Origin: Mobula hypostoma
Lineage: Eukaryota
Length of the DNA stretch: 64,000 nucleotides
Assembly: GCF_963921235.1 (NCBI RefSeq)
Contig: NC_086108.1
Location: 19,716,001-19,780,000 of the forward strand
Direction: 5' to 3'
Shown here: positions 26,763 through 39,100 of the stretch, one piece after another
Layout of the letters: each line of letters begins with the position of its first letter
Position numbering within the stretch: position 1 is the first letter of the stretch
Notes under the pieces: generated by a model
The model's database searches: none
What the model saw: only the letters and a program-made list of their open reading frames with translations
Told to the model about the DNA's origin: nothing
Program-made: the position numbers and the translations under genes

Positions 26763-28682
26763 TTAACCACAGGACCAAACTCTTCACATGTGTAGTACCA
26801 TTTAGTCAATGCATTCAGTAAAGTTGACACATGTTTGTTTTTTTACTTCACACCATTGTCACGCATGTAGCTCCTTGGGTAACACCCACTTCTGTTATTT
26901 GAGGGGTTCCCCACTGGACTTGGCCCCTCAATGTCCAGTGGCAGTGGGATCCTCAACTGTGAGCCTTCCCTTCTGCACCAGCTTCAGGGCATTCCTCAGT
27001 CCCTGATGGACTGTCACGTTGCCTTTATCAGAGGTGGGAGCTGTCAGTAAAGAAGGTGCTGTTGATATTTCAGCAAATTGCACCTAGTGTGGAACTTGTA
27101 AAGCTTCTGACTCTACTCCCATTAAGGAGGACAAAGCAGGCTGCTGGATTTGACACCCCATTCACCACACTTCACTTACCCTGTCATTCCACTGTTCCCA
27201 CAACACATCGACTTACTTTCAAGGACTCTTCATCTCATGTACTCAATATTTATTGCTTACATTATTATTATTATTTATTTTTGTATTTGCACACTGAACA
27301 CCAAAGTTATTGGGGTCTTTCATTGATTCTGTTACGCTTATTGGCTTTACTGAGTATGTTTGCAAGAAAGTGAATCACGGGGTTGTATATGGTGACACAC
27401 AAGTACTTTGATAATAAATTTACTTTGAATGTTAACCATACAATCTCCTCATTCCTGGCTGAAGAATGTAATCATCAGGCTTTTCGAGCATCCCCAAACT
27501 CCTAAACCTGTGACTTCACACAAGAAGGGCAAAGGATTCTGTTCCAAGTCACTATAACTGACTCAGAAAAATATTGTTTTTATTTATCATCACAAATTCT
27601 GGAAATCTCTAATCAACAGCATTGTGAAAATGTATTCCTGAGAAGGAGAGCAGTGGTTTCAGAATTTGCTTCATTATCACCTCTTCAAGGACTGTCTTGC
27701 TGGTGCCGCTCACATACTGGAACAAAGATGTGTTGAATATTTTGTAGGTGGTACAACCTGCTATCTTCTTGTGCCTGAGATGGAGTTAATGCTAAGGTGG
27801 TGAATGAGTTGCCAAACAAGACAGCATTCAGTACTAGATGATTTCAGTTTCAGTATTGTTGGAGCTGCTTTTGTTCAGGAAAGTTTGGAGCATTCTGCCA
27901 CACTCCTGGCTTGTGTCTCATCGAAAGGTTTCAGAGAGTTGAGGGGTGAGTCACAGCACAGGATACTCAATCTTTGAACTGATTTTGTGGCCACAGTATT
28001 TATAGAGGTAAATTGCAGGATCTAGTGTTCTGGCACATCAGTAAAATTGCAATACAAAACTTTAGAAGAGAAATGAGGTCACCACACTTTTGAGGTTGAT
28101 TCAGAGTTTCTATCTTACCACATGCTGAAATACTTGAAGATTGAATGGCTGAGGTGAAAACCATATCTCACAGTAGCCATCTCAACAAACTGCTTTCCCA
28201 ATAACTACTTATTTGATTTCCAAGAAAGTCGTTGACTGTTAGAGTCAATTCCTGTTTGGGTTAACAAAATTTTCTCACACAAATTTATATTCTATATTTC
28301 ATGTTTTGTAATTGTGTATAATCACAGATTGTGTGAAACAGCTGTAAGCAGTGCTTATATTGGAAGACTAGATTATCAGCTTCATTAATAATATGGCAAT
28401 GCCATCTGAAAATAATTGCTTCCCGTACTCAATTCATTCGGGATCCATTTTGAGGGCAGCAGTGAGAATGACATTGAATGTTGCTTTGAGAGCATCTTTC
28501 CTTGAAATCATGTGAGGATTATTAATGAAAGCAATGGCTTATGTGGAAGGGTGAAAGTTTGAAAGAGTCTCGTTTTGGAAGCTCAGGGCACCATTTTTAG
28601 CCTCAAAAGGAACATACAAGAATATTAAGTAGGAGCATGATTAGGCCACTCAGCTTCTCAAGCTGGGTCTATCATTTAATAC

Positions 28683-28897
28683 TGTAGGTTTTCACAAATA
28701 CAACAATGTGAGACATTTCATGTTTAAGGAAAAACAGTAGCAATTAATTTATTGTACTCCAAACACTGAACACAAAAAGCATTGTAACAGAATTTCATGT
28801 AATATGTCATCACGTCTGACCAGCCTCTTAAAGTGACCCCCAACTCAATGTTGATGATTGTGAATTATGCTCATTCCTACCAATTAATTACCCTGCA
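28683..28897. mobile_element. Probable short solo LTR
   Basis: TGTAGG...CCTGCA termini, near-TSD ATAC/ATAT, interrupts a CR1-like 3' UTR. Confidence 0.45.
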
Positions 28898-29830
28898 ATA
28901 TGATCAGGGCTGATTTGCTCCAAGCCTCAAACCTGTGATGGTCCCACAAGTCTCCAGTTCTTAAAATTATCAAAAATATATCTACTCCCTTGAGTACTTC
29001 GTGATCTACTCTCCAAGTTCTGTCAGTTAGAGAATACTAGAGATTCAACAAGACAAAACTCTTCTACACTAATTGTCTATGACTTCCCCTTGTGTTATAA
29101 CTGTTTCTTTCTTTAAGACTCTGCCACAGCAGAGTGCCTCAGTATCCACCCTGTCATTCCCCAGCTGGATCTTAAAGAACACCACTTCTCTTTCAGCACT
29201 AAAAATCTGACTGTATTCGTCATTTGTCACCTCTCAACCAGGAATTGGCCAATTAAATCTTTTGTGGACTTGCTGATGTTTTACTTTGTCCTTTGCTAAT
29301 TGTATATAGTGTAGACTCACAAACACCCTATGTAATTGTGACAATAATTCTCCAGCCCTCTTGCAGTAAAGACCAGGGAGACATTTGGAGATGTATGAGG
29401 TTACAGATGATGGAATCTGGAGCAAAAGACAATCTGATGGGCAGCATCTGCCGTGGCATGGAAAGGAATTGTCAATGTTTTAGGTTGAGAACCTGCATCA
29501 GTTTATATGAATGTTGCTTTAAAGAAACATTGAAATTTATGGCACAGGAAGGGAGCATTCTGGCTAGAAGTTGAACTTTTTAAAGTTCTGTCCACTTCTC
29601 AGCTCTTAGTTTGATACAGGATCTCAACCTGAAATGTATACAAAAAGTCTTCCTCCCACAACATCCTTCCCCCAGATGCTGCTTGATCTGCTGAGCTCCT
29701 CCATGGTTTGCTTCTTTGTTCACTCTAATATGACATCTGCCTTCCTCCCCATTTGCTGTATCTGACTGCTAATGTGTGTGCATGTCAGTGGCCTGTGCCT
29801 TATATTGATGAAGCAATTTTTCTCTCGCAG

Positions 29831-29953
29831 GATTCAATGGAAAAGACTGTGAGATAAACATTGATGACTGCCCTGACCATCGATGTGAGAATGGAGGTAC
29901 CTGTGTGGATGGAGTGAACACCTACAACTGCCGATGCACACCTGAGTGGACAG
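29831..29953 (+). CDS. notch2: Notch exon 5; EGF7
   Basis: cgcag|GA acceptor, ACAG|gtattt donor, 123 nt; [41 protein letters not shown] (not in the + ORF track). Confidence 0.95.
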
Positions 29954-30315
29954 GTATTTGAAGCAATTGGCTGCATTGACCTGAAATAAAAGGAAGGAGG
30001 AAGGTCAGATTGGAACGTGCAATAGTTCATGTATCTGTTGTGATTCTGCCAGCAGGTGGTTCCAAACTGATGAGTTAATGAGCTCTCAAACTGCATATCT
30101 TCAGGAAATAATTTACTTTTGAAGTGTCATTTTTTTTTCTCGTGCAGTTGGCGGGACCAAAGTCCCACTACTGCAGCAAGAGTTGAGTCTATTTCTGCTA
30201 CTGTAGGAATGTTGGATAAGACATGAAGAACTGGAAAATCAGCTGGTTGCTGTTAAGATGGTGCTGATGAAGCATGGTGACAACTTGCAAACAAAAAAAC
30301 TATAAATTACTGTAT

Positions 30316-32594
30316 TCACACAAGATGAAATCTGCAGACGTTGGAAAACCAAGCAACACACACACAATGCTGGAGGGACTCAGCAGGCCAGGCAGTATCT
30401 CTGGAAAAGAGTGCAGTCGACGTTTCGGGCTGAGACTGTTCATCAGTACTGGGAAAAGATGAGGAGTCAGAGTAAGAAAGTGGGGGGGGGGAAGGGAGGA
30501 AGAAGCACAGATGATAGGTGTATCTGGGAGGATGAGGGATGAAGTGAAGAGCTGGGAAGTTGGTGAAAGAGATACAGGGCTGGAGAAGGGGAAGTCTGAT
30601 AGGTGAAGACAGGAATGAAAAGGAGGAGGAGCACCAGAGGGAGGCAGGGTAATGGACAGGTAAGGAGATGGGGTGAGAGGGGAATGATGAAGGGTGGGTA
30701 TTACTGAAAGTTGGAGAATTCTATGCCCTGGACTGACATGTCGGAATGGGAAGCGGAATTAAAACGGGTCGCCACTGGGTGATCCCACTTCTTCTGGTGG
30801 AGGGAATGTAGGTGCTCCAACCTGCATCAGGATTCACCAAAAAACAGGAGGCTGCACTGGGAACATCGGATACAGACTCACAGGTGAAGTGTCACCTCAC
30901 CTGGAAGGACTGTTTGGGGTTTTGAATGGTAGTGAGGAAGGAGGTGTAGGGGCAGGTATGGCACTTGTTCCGTTTGCAAGGAAAAGTGCCAGGAGGGATG
31001 AATGGACAAAGAGTCACATAGGGAGTGATCCCTGTGGAAAGTGGGGCGGGGTGGGGGGGGGGGGAGGAAAGATGTGCTTGGTGGTGAGATTCCGTTGGAG
31101 GTGGTGGAAGTTGTGGAGAATTATGTGCTGGACGCAGAGGCTGGTGGGGTGGGAGGTGAGCTCAAAGGGAGCCCTATCCTGTTGGGTGGCAGGAGGATGG
31201 GGTGAGGGTAGACGTGTGCAAAATGGAGGAGATGCGGTTGAGGGCAGTGTTGATGGGTGGAGGAAAGGAAGTCTTTCTTTGAAGATGGAGGACATCTCAT
31301 TAGTTCTGGAATGAAAAACCTCATCCTCAGACCAGATGCAACAGAGTCCGAGGAATTGAGAGAAAAGGATGGTATCTTTACAAGTAGTAAGGTGGGAAGA
31401 GGTCCAGGTCGCTCTGAGATTCAGTGGATTTATAATAGACTTCAGTAGATAAGCTATCTTCAGAGATAGAGACAGTGAGGTTGAGAAAGGGGAGGGAAGT
31501 GTTGGAAATAGACCAGGCAGGGTAGAAGTTGAAGGTAAATTTGCTGAAGTTGACGAGCTCCGCATGAGTGCAGGAAGCAGCACCAATGCAATCGTTGATG
31601 TAGCCTAGGAGAAGTTGGGGAGTGATACCAGTGTTGGCTTGGAACACACAGTTGATAAACAGGCAGGCATAGCTGGGATTCATGCGAGTCCCCTTAGCTA
31701 CACCTTTTGTTCGAAGGAAATGGGAGGAGCCGAAGGAGAAATTATTAAGAGTGAGGGGAACTGGTCAGGTCTGGTGACCAGAAAGAAACGGAGCTTTGAC
31801 GCCTTCCTGGTGGGGGGATGGAGGTGTTGTAGGGACTGGACACGCATAGTAAAAGTAAGATGATGGGGGCCAGGAACTTGAAATCATTGAGAAGATCAGG
31901 AGCATGTGAAGTGTGATGCATGTAGGTAGGAAGGGACTGAACCGGAAGGGATAAAGCTGAGTCAAGGTAAGCAGATACAAGTTCAGCGGCGCAGGAACAA
32001 GCTGAAATAATGGACAAGCGGGTTTGTGGATTTTGGGTAGGAGGTAGAAATGGGAGTTGCAGGGTGCAGGAACTGAGGTTGGTGGCGGTGGACGGGAGAT
32101 CCCCAGAGTCAGTAAGATGATGGTGTGGGAGGCAATGGCCCGGTGTTCCTCAGTGAGGTCCTGTTCGAGGGGTAAGAGGAGGTGTCTGAGAGTTAGTGCT
32201 GGGCTTCAGCAAAGTAGAGGTCAGTATGCCAGACTACTACAGCACCCTCCTCCTCTGCGGGTTTGATAGTGAGGTTAGGGTTGGTGCGGAGAGGGTGGAG
32301 GCAGAGCATTCGGAATGCGTGAGATTGGAATTGGAGAAAGGAGTGGTCACAAGCAAGAGAAAATCTGCAGATGCTGGAAATCCAAGCAACACACAAAATG
32401 CTGGAGGAACTCACTAGGCCAGGCAGCTTCTACGGAAAAGAATAAACGGTTGATATTTCAGGCCAGAACCCTACATCTTGGCTCCAAATGTCGACTGTTT
32501 ACTTTTTTCCATAGATGCTGCCTGGCCTGCTGAGTTCCTCCAGCATTTTGTGTGTCGCTTGGATTTCCAGCATCTACAGATTTTCTCGTTTGTG
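30316..32594 (-). mobile_element. Decayed Penelope-like retroelement with terminal inverted repeat
   Basis: RT remnant PSYACLF...PQLLLGYINDCIGAASCTHAELVNF; further remnants (IKPAEEEGAVVVW; CKDTILFSQFLGLCCIWS); hammerhead core at 30416-30449; hairpin at 32348-32594. Confidence 0.85.
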
Positions 32595-33779
32595 GAATCC
32601 ACTGCCTTGCCTTCATCAATTTCCATCAAATTCCTCGCTACCCTTCTCATTTATAAGATTGTCTATTATTCTTTTGACCTCTAAAGAAAATAAATTTAAC
32701 TTCATTTTTTAGTTATTTGTGGTGGGGCACTCATTCTACCCATCCACACCTTTTTAAACTTCTCCTGCACTTTTCAGTGCCTACGCAAGACTGTGGTATA
32801 TTTCTGCAGTGCTTTTACCAGTATTATATGTTCCTCTTGGTTCCAACCAACATTAGTGATCACTATTTACTAGTTAAGAGCACTTCTATCAAGGTAAGTC
32901 GAAGCAAGGAGCAGTGAAGGTCAAGTCTTGAACTTCTGCCTCTCCCTTTCGGCCAATGGAATGTACAGTTCTTCATCGGTATTTCCTGTTCTGTGATTCC
33001 GACTAACAAAATTAAGATATTCTTTTGAAAGTGTTACTTGTTCCTTCAACTCTTTTTCTTTGTGTAATACTGTTTGTGCAGAGGGAAGTTGGTGACAAAT
33101 GGCTGGCAGATGCTGCTTAGATCTGAGGGGGTGGTGGGTGAACTTGAGGGTGGGGAGCAAGAAAGAAATGTTTTAAATTAGGTCGGTGAACAGGATATTG
33201 GAATAAATTGAAAGCAGAACGAGGGAAGGCACAGTGAACAAAGGATTTTTTGGATTTCGTCCCTTTGGCAGTGCCTGTAGCTTTTCAGTTGGAATGCATT
33301 CAGGGTAAGTGAGCAATATATGAGGTTGTGGAATTGATTTGGTCTGGTTCCAGGGACTGAGCTCCTGAGATTGATACTGTACAGTACTAATTTGCTTGCA
33401 GGTGGGGTGGGAGGAGGCGTCAATTTGCCTCTGCAAGTCACTTGGCCAATGCAAGTCAAGTGCAAATGCTTATTTTAAATGCATATCAAGGCTAGTTCCA
33501 TATACTACTGTCTAGCAGTAATAGACGTGATGTGAGAGGGAGGGTCATGGCTTCTACCCAGTGTTCCGTGGTGAACTTCCTATTGTGGCAAAAGTGATTT
33601 CTCTTCTCTTTTTCCTCACACCCGTCATCACATATAATATTGCAAAGAATTATGCAGAATACTAGAACAGAATAGAACAGACAGCAGATGCTGGATTCTA
33701 GCACAGCAAACAATCTACTTGTGAGACTTGGGTCGAACATTATTTGTGGAGGTTGGGGAAGGGGAAGAAGGAATTATCA

Positions 33780-34530
33780 GCATTTCATCTTGAATCTGTC
33801 TTGGAACAATTGAAAATACCTTGTAATTTAACTTTTTGTGGGTCCCTAATGTTGCTTGACCAGCCAATTGTTTGGCGTAAATATTATCAGAAGCTTGTCG
33901 TGGTCCAACCACGTAGATGCCATGGCCAAGAAAGCTCACCAGCTCCTCTACTTCCTCAGAAGGCCAAGGAAATTCAGCTTGCTCCTGTTTGCCTTCCCCA
34001 CTGTTTTGCTGATGCACCATGGAAAGTATGCTATCCGGATTCAACACAGTTTGCTATGAGACCTGCTCCGCCTGAGGGCGTAAGAAATTGCAGGGAGTTA
34101 TAGACACAGCTCAGTCCGGAATGAAAACTTGACACCCTCTCCCCCATTGACCCTCTCTATATTTGCAGTTGCCTCCAGTGGGCAGCCAGCGTAATCAAAA
34201 ACCTCTTCCACCCCAGTTGTTCTTGTTCTTCCCCTTCCCCATTCCACTGGGCACTTGAGAACACGCACCACCAGCCTCGAGGACTGCTCCTATCCCACTG
34301 GTATCAGACTCTTGTATAGACCTCTGGTATGATGGAGATAAACATTTGAACTCATCATGGTCCAGCGCTTCACTTTCTCTGTAACTTTTGTCATTGTAAC
34401 AATTCTGCAATCTGCTATTGGGTTTCCCTTTGTACTACATTGATGTGCTTGTGTTTGAATGATCTGTGTGGATGGTATGCAAAACAGTTTTCTCTGTACC
34501 TCGGTATGCGTGATAATAAGCCAATCACCA
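33780..34530 (+). mobile_element. Rex1/Babar-like 3' fragment
   Basis: LSWSNHVDAMAKKAHQLLYFLRR motif. Confidence 0.65.
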
Positions 34531-34611
34531 GTTGTTGCTTCATACAGTGCAGAAACAGGCCCTACAGTCTACTGTATCCACACAGATCAACAAGCCCCAA
34601 TCCACAGTAAT

Positions 34612-35240
34612 TTTTTTTTAGATTATGAAGACATGCAGTCCTCTTTTATTGTCATTTAGTAATGCATGCATTAAGAAATGATACAATATTTCCTCCGGTG
34701 TGATATCACAAAACACAGGACAAACCAAGACTGAAAAAACTAACAAAACCACATAATTATAACATATAGTTACAACAGTGCAACAATACCATAACTTGAT
34801 GAAGAAGTCCATGAGCACAGTAAAAAGTTCAAAGTCTCTCAAATGTCCCACATCTCACGCAGACGGGAGAAGGAAGAAAAACTCTCCCTGCCATGCCCAA
34901 CCATGGTCCGACTCTGAGTCGTCCGAAAACTTCGAGCCTCCGATCAGCTCTCCGACACCGAGTACTGAGTGCCATCTCTGTCCTAACGATTCGACCTCAA
35001 TCTCGGTCGCCAACAGCAGGCAAAGCTGGGGATTTTGAGGCCTTCCCTCTGGAAGATTCCCGACCGCGCAGTAACAACAGCAGCGAACTGGCGTTTCAGA
35101 AATTTCTGCAGGTGTTTCTCTGTACTTTCACGTCCGTCTCCATTAAATCAGAATTGTCCATGGCCCCTATTTAACGGATATGATATCATTTTTCACCGGA
35201 GGGCTGCACACACGTGGTGCACTGCTCTCTCTCCTCCCGC
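34612..35240 (-). mobile_element. Non-autonomous retroelement; its 3' end also occurs at 17393-17550 (+)
   Basis: 34620-34770 is the reverse complement of 17393-17540 (atgcatgcattactaaatgacaataaaagaggactgc; AATCT tail). Confidence 0.6.
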
Positions 35241-35942
35241 CGTCTTTCCTCTTCATTCTCGATCAGCTCCCCTACACAACCACACATTAGGAGTAATGTA
35301 CAGTAGCCAGTACACCTACCGGCTACCAAATCTTTGGCATATTGGAGAAAACCCGTGCAGTCACAAGAACTTGCAAGCTCCACACAGGCAGTGACCAAGG
35401 TCGGGATTGAACCTACCTGGGTCCGAGGAGCCATGAGGCAGCTATGCTGAACCACTGTGCCATTTTGCTTCCTAGAATTAGGATACTTGAAATGAGAAAC
35501 CTACGTGTGTGTCTCTGTCTCTGTCTCTGTCTCTCCCTTTCTCTCTCTCCCCCCCCCCCCAACTGCAAGCCTCTTGTCACTCTTATCCTTCTTGTTGACC
35601 TATCAGCATTTTGCTTTCATTCCTTTCTCCCAGCTCTGCTTATCAGGTGTCTTTTTAAATCCATTTTGTTAATCATCTCAGTCACTTAAAATGACAGCAT
35701 TGAGTAAATTCCCACCATTCTGGGCAAAGGTGTTTTTCCTTTTGGACACTATCACCCCATTCCATCAATGTGAAAGCACTTCCTTTCCAGCCATATGGTG
35801 GATAGAACAGTGGACAGCATGGTGAACTGTGTTGTAATCCCAAAAACCTGATGTATTCCTCACTGATGCTGAATGATTTTGATAAAGTGCCATTTGGATT
35901 GCATGATACATGGCTGAACTATTCATCACTTCCACTACGCAG

Positions 35943-36176
35943 GTCAGTTTTGTACGGAGGATGTAGATGAGTGTCAACTGCAGCCAAATGCCTGTCAGAA
36001 TGGAGGGACCTGCTCCAATGCCAGTGGAGGGTATCGGTGTGTCTGTGTCAACGGCTGGAGTGGTGACGACTGCAGTGAGAACATTGACGATTGTGCTGGT
36101 GCCACCTGCATGAATGGTGCCACGTGCCATGACCGAGTGGCATCCTTCGTATGTGAATGCCCTGTTGGCAAAGCTG
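35943..36176 (+). CDS. notch2: Notch exon 6; EGF8-9
   Basis: cgcag|GT acceptor, CTG|gtaagt donor, 234 nt; [23 protein letters not shown]...[19 protein letters not shown]...CPVGKAG. Confidence 0.95.
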
Positions 36177-39100
36177 GTAAGTCCGGCGATTCTTTTTCAA
36201 CGAACGTGAATGTTTCTAAATATCGGGTTGAACTGAGGTGGCTTTGAATAATGTTGAGGTAAAAGGTCAGTAATGTAACTTCTACCTCCTCTGGTTTCTG
36301 AGGTTCGATTGGACTTGGTTTGCCTGAAACAGCTGCATTTAAAGCACAGTGTGCTGAGCCAGAGGCCTGTTGAGTTTGTTATTTTAAAGATGGATTTCTG
36401 CCTTGAGTCAGTGCTTGTCAGTTTTGATTCAGAATATTGACAAAGTCTGTCAACAGCTTCTTAAGGTTGCAGCACTAATTATAGACTTTCAGGAGGAGAG
36501 AAATGCACAGCACAAGTGTGATTTAGAAATCTGAGCCAGCATGATTTGCTTTAAAATCACTGTTAGATTCTGCAAGACATTCCCTCATTGATTTAAAATG
36601 CCTTTCCGAGTTGTTCAATGCCCATTACAGCCTTATAGTGAAAGATAAATAAAAGTTCCAACAAAATGAAATAATTCTTCCACACAAGGCATGATCCGGT
36701 AGTGTTGGTTGAAACAAAATCCATGAAAAGTTAATTATCAGTGCATGTGGTATGGAATAGGCTTGTTGTTATCACTTCCCTTAACACTACTGATGTTTCT
36801 GAACATCTGTTCTGACAACTGGTCCACGAGGGAAGCTATCTGCATTTGTTCTGCTTTCTGTTATTGCTTTTCCCTTCTTACTGTCTCAATGCACTAATTA
36901 ATGAAATGATCTGTGTAAATGTAATGCAAAACTAAGCCTTCACAGTACCTCGTGTGACAATAATTAACCTATTTAACTTAAATTTATCATCTTATCATCT
37001 TACTGCTGCAAGCTGATGCCCATGGTGTCTCTGTTCAGCAAGTCAGTAGCAGCTGGATATGATGGGCTTTTTTGCCTACCCAGTAGAGATATTTTTTTTT
37101 GCTAATCATTGTCATTTTTATCTTCCCTTTTTTAAAAAAAATGCATATTTTTCATTTCCTTTTTTAAGGAAGTCTATTTTGCTGTTTCGTTTTTGTGCAT
37201 TGAGGTAAGTCATGTTGTTACTAAAGTGAATATTTTCTGCTTGTTCCTTAAATATATATTTTTTAGCCCATCTCAAAAAGCACTTTCATTTCATCTTTCT
37301 GGTTGGTTTCAAATCAATGTTGTGAAAATGAAAGATTCATGCTTCTGTTACTCTGTTCCCATTGAAGATACATATGCACATCAGCCAAATGAATCTACCT
37401 GTTCACTTACAATGTCTAAATTCGTCCAAGGTCATCTCAGAGCAAGAACAGCCATAATACCCTCCCATGGTAATCTCCAAACAGCTGCAACTGTTATTCC
37501 CATGGTATGAGATGCCCTTGGATCTCTGTCAGAACTGAGGATACTCACAGAACTGTTTGGTTGGAAAGAGTGTTTTGCTGCCCACCTCTTTCCCCATCAC
37601 TCCTCCCAACCTTGCAGCTTGTCTCCCTCTTTTGCCCCAGCTCTTCCACCCTCCTAGCACGTTCTGCCCCAGCAGATGCCCCTTCATTCTGCTTCCCAAA
37701 CAGGCCCTGACTACTCTAGCACACTTTCTGGCCTTGGTGCTCGTTATATACAAAACCAATCTGGTATAACTCTAAACCTTCATTTCTCAAAATGAAAACC
37801 TCTAACCTTGTTGCTGTTGACTGATAAAACTTTTGATAATGCACTCAAAACTGTAACTTGGAAAAAATTCAGACTTTTTTTCAAGTTTGGAAGAATGTTT
37901 GTGAAATTAGAAGCTACAGTATCCCAGCAAAAACAAAAATATCCATTGTATGTCCAGGCGCAGTTAAAAACATTGTTTAATGCCTATAAATTATATTTCA
38001 TGTGGTGAAGTGTGTGCGGTATTGAGGGAAAGTTGTCCAAGGAGTTGTCTGTTTATTGGGTTTGTGCCCTGAATTCAAACAAACCATGTTAAGTTGTAAA
38101 AAGACCTTCTTGTCCCATGGGTGAGGCTAAATGAAATGTTGAATTGTGGGCAGTTTTTGTTAATAACAACTGTAGATCTTTAAAATCTGCCGTAACTATG
38201 AATGTGTTTTATATTTGGCCTTCAGTGTAAACTTTAATGTTCAACTGGCAGTGCGACTGATCTTTGCCTGCTGCTTAACAGTTAACTGCAAAATGCTGTT
38301 GCTCGCAAGCCAGCATTGTGCATTGTCCTGCACAAGAGTGGCTATCTGACAAATGCCTGCTGATCCCCTTTACTGAGAAAGGGACCATACATTTTTGTTC
38401 TGTATTTGTAGTTCTATTCTGTTCATATAGCAGTAATTTCCATTGAAATAATATCTTTTTAATGCAGGAAAAATATCTCCAAGTGCTTCACTGGAGTGAG
38501 ATGAACCGGAGAACTGAGGTAGACAACCAAGAGCTTGGCTGAAGGGAGAGGTTTGAAAGTTTTAATGAGAGGAGGAAAGGGAAGGACAGGAAGGTTCAAG
38601 AGGGAATTTAAAGAGCTCAGGGTCTTGGTGCTGAATTACACAGCTGTCATTGGTGAAGCTTAGAAATATGGAAGAGGCCAGAGTTTGAGGACAGGTTGAT
38701 GATGAGAGGTATGCCCATGAGAGGATTTGAGCACCATGTTAAGAATTTCAATACTGAAGAAGTGGTTTGTTGACAGTAAGCATGGGTCAGCAGTTGTAGG
38801 AGAGTGGGTGAACAGGACTTGGTAAGAATTAATACACAGTCTACAGTATTTTAAGTGATCCAGAATACATTGTGCAGATACAACAAGGCATGGAGAACTT
38901 CAGCAGCAGTTGAAATAAGGCAGAATTGGAGCCAACCAGTATTAGAGGAGGTTGTTTTGTGTTAGTGACGGTGCAGGTTGAAGATCAATTATTTTCAAAT
39001 ATGATAACGTTTGTAAACTGTCTAGTTCATTTTTTGGAGCTGTACCAGGTTTGAAGTTGGTGGATGGAGAGTATGATAGAGATGATGGCTTTGATTTTAA

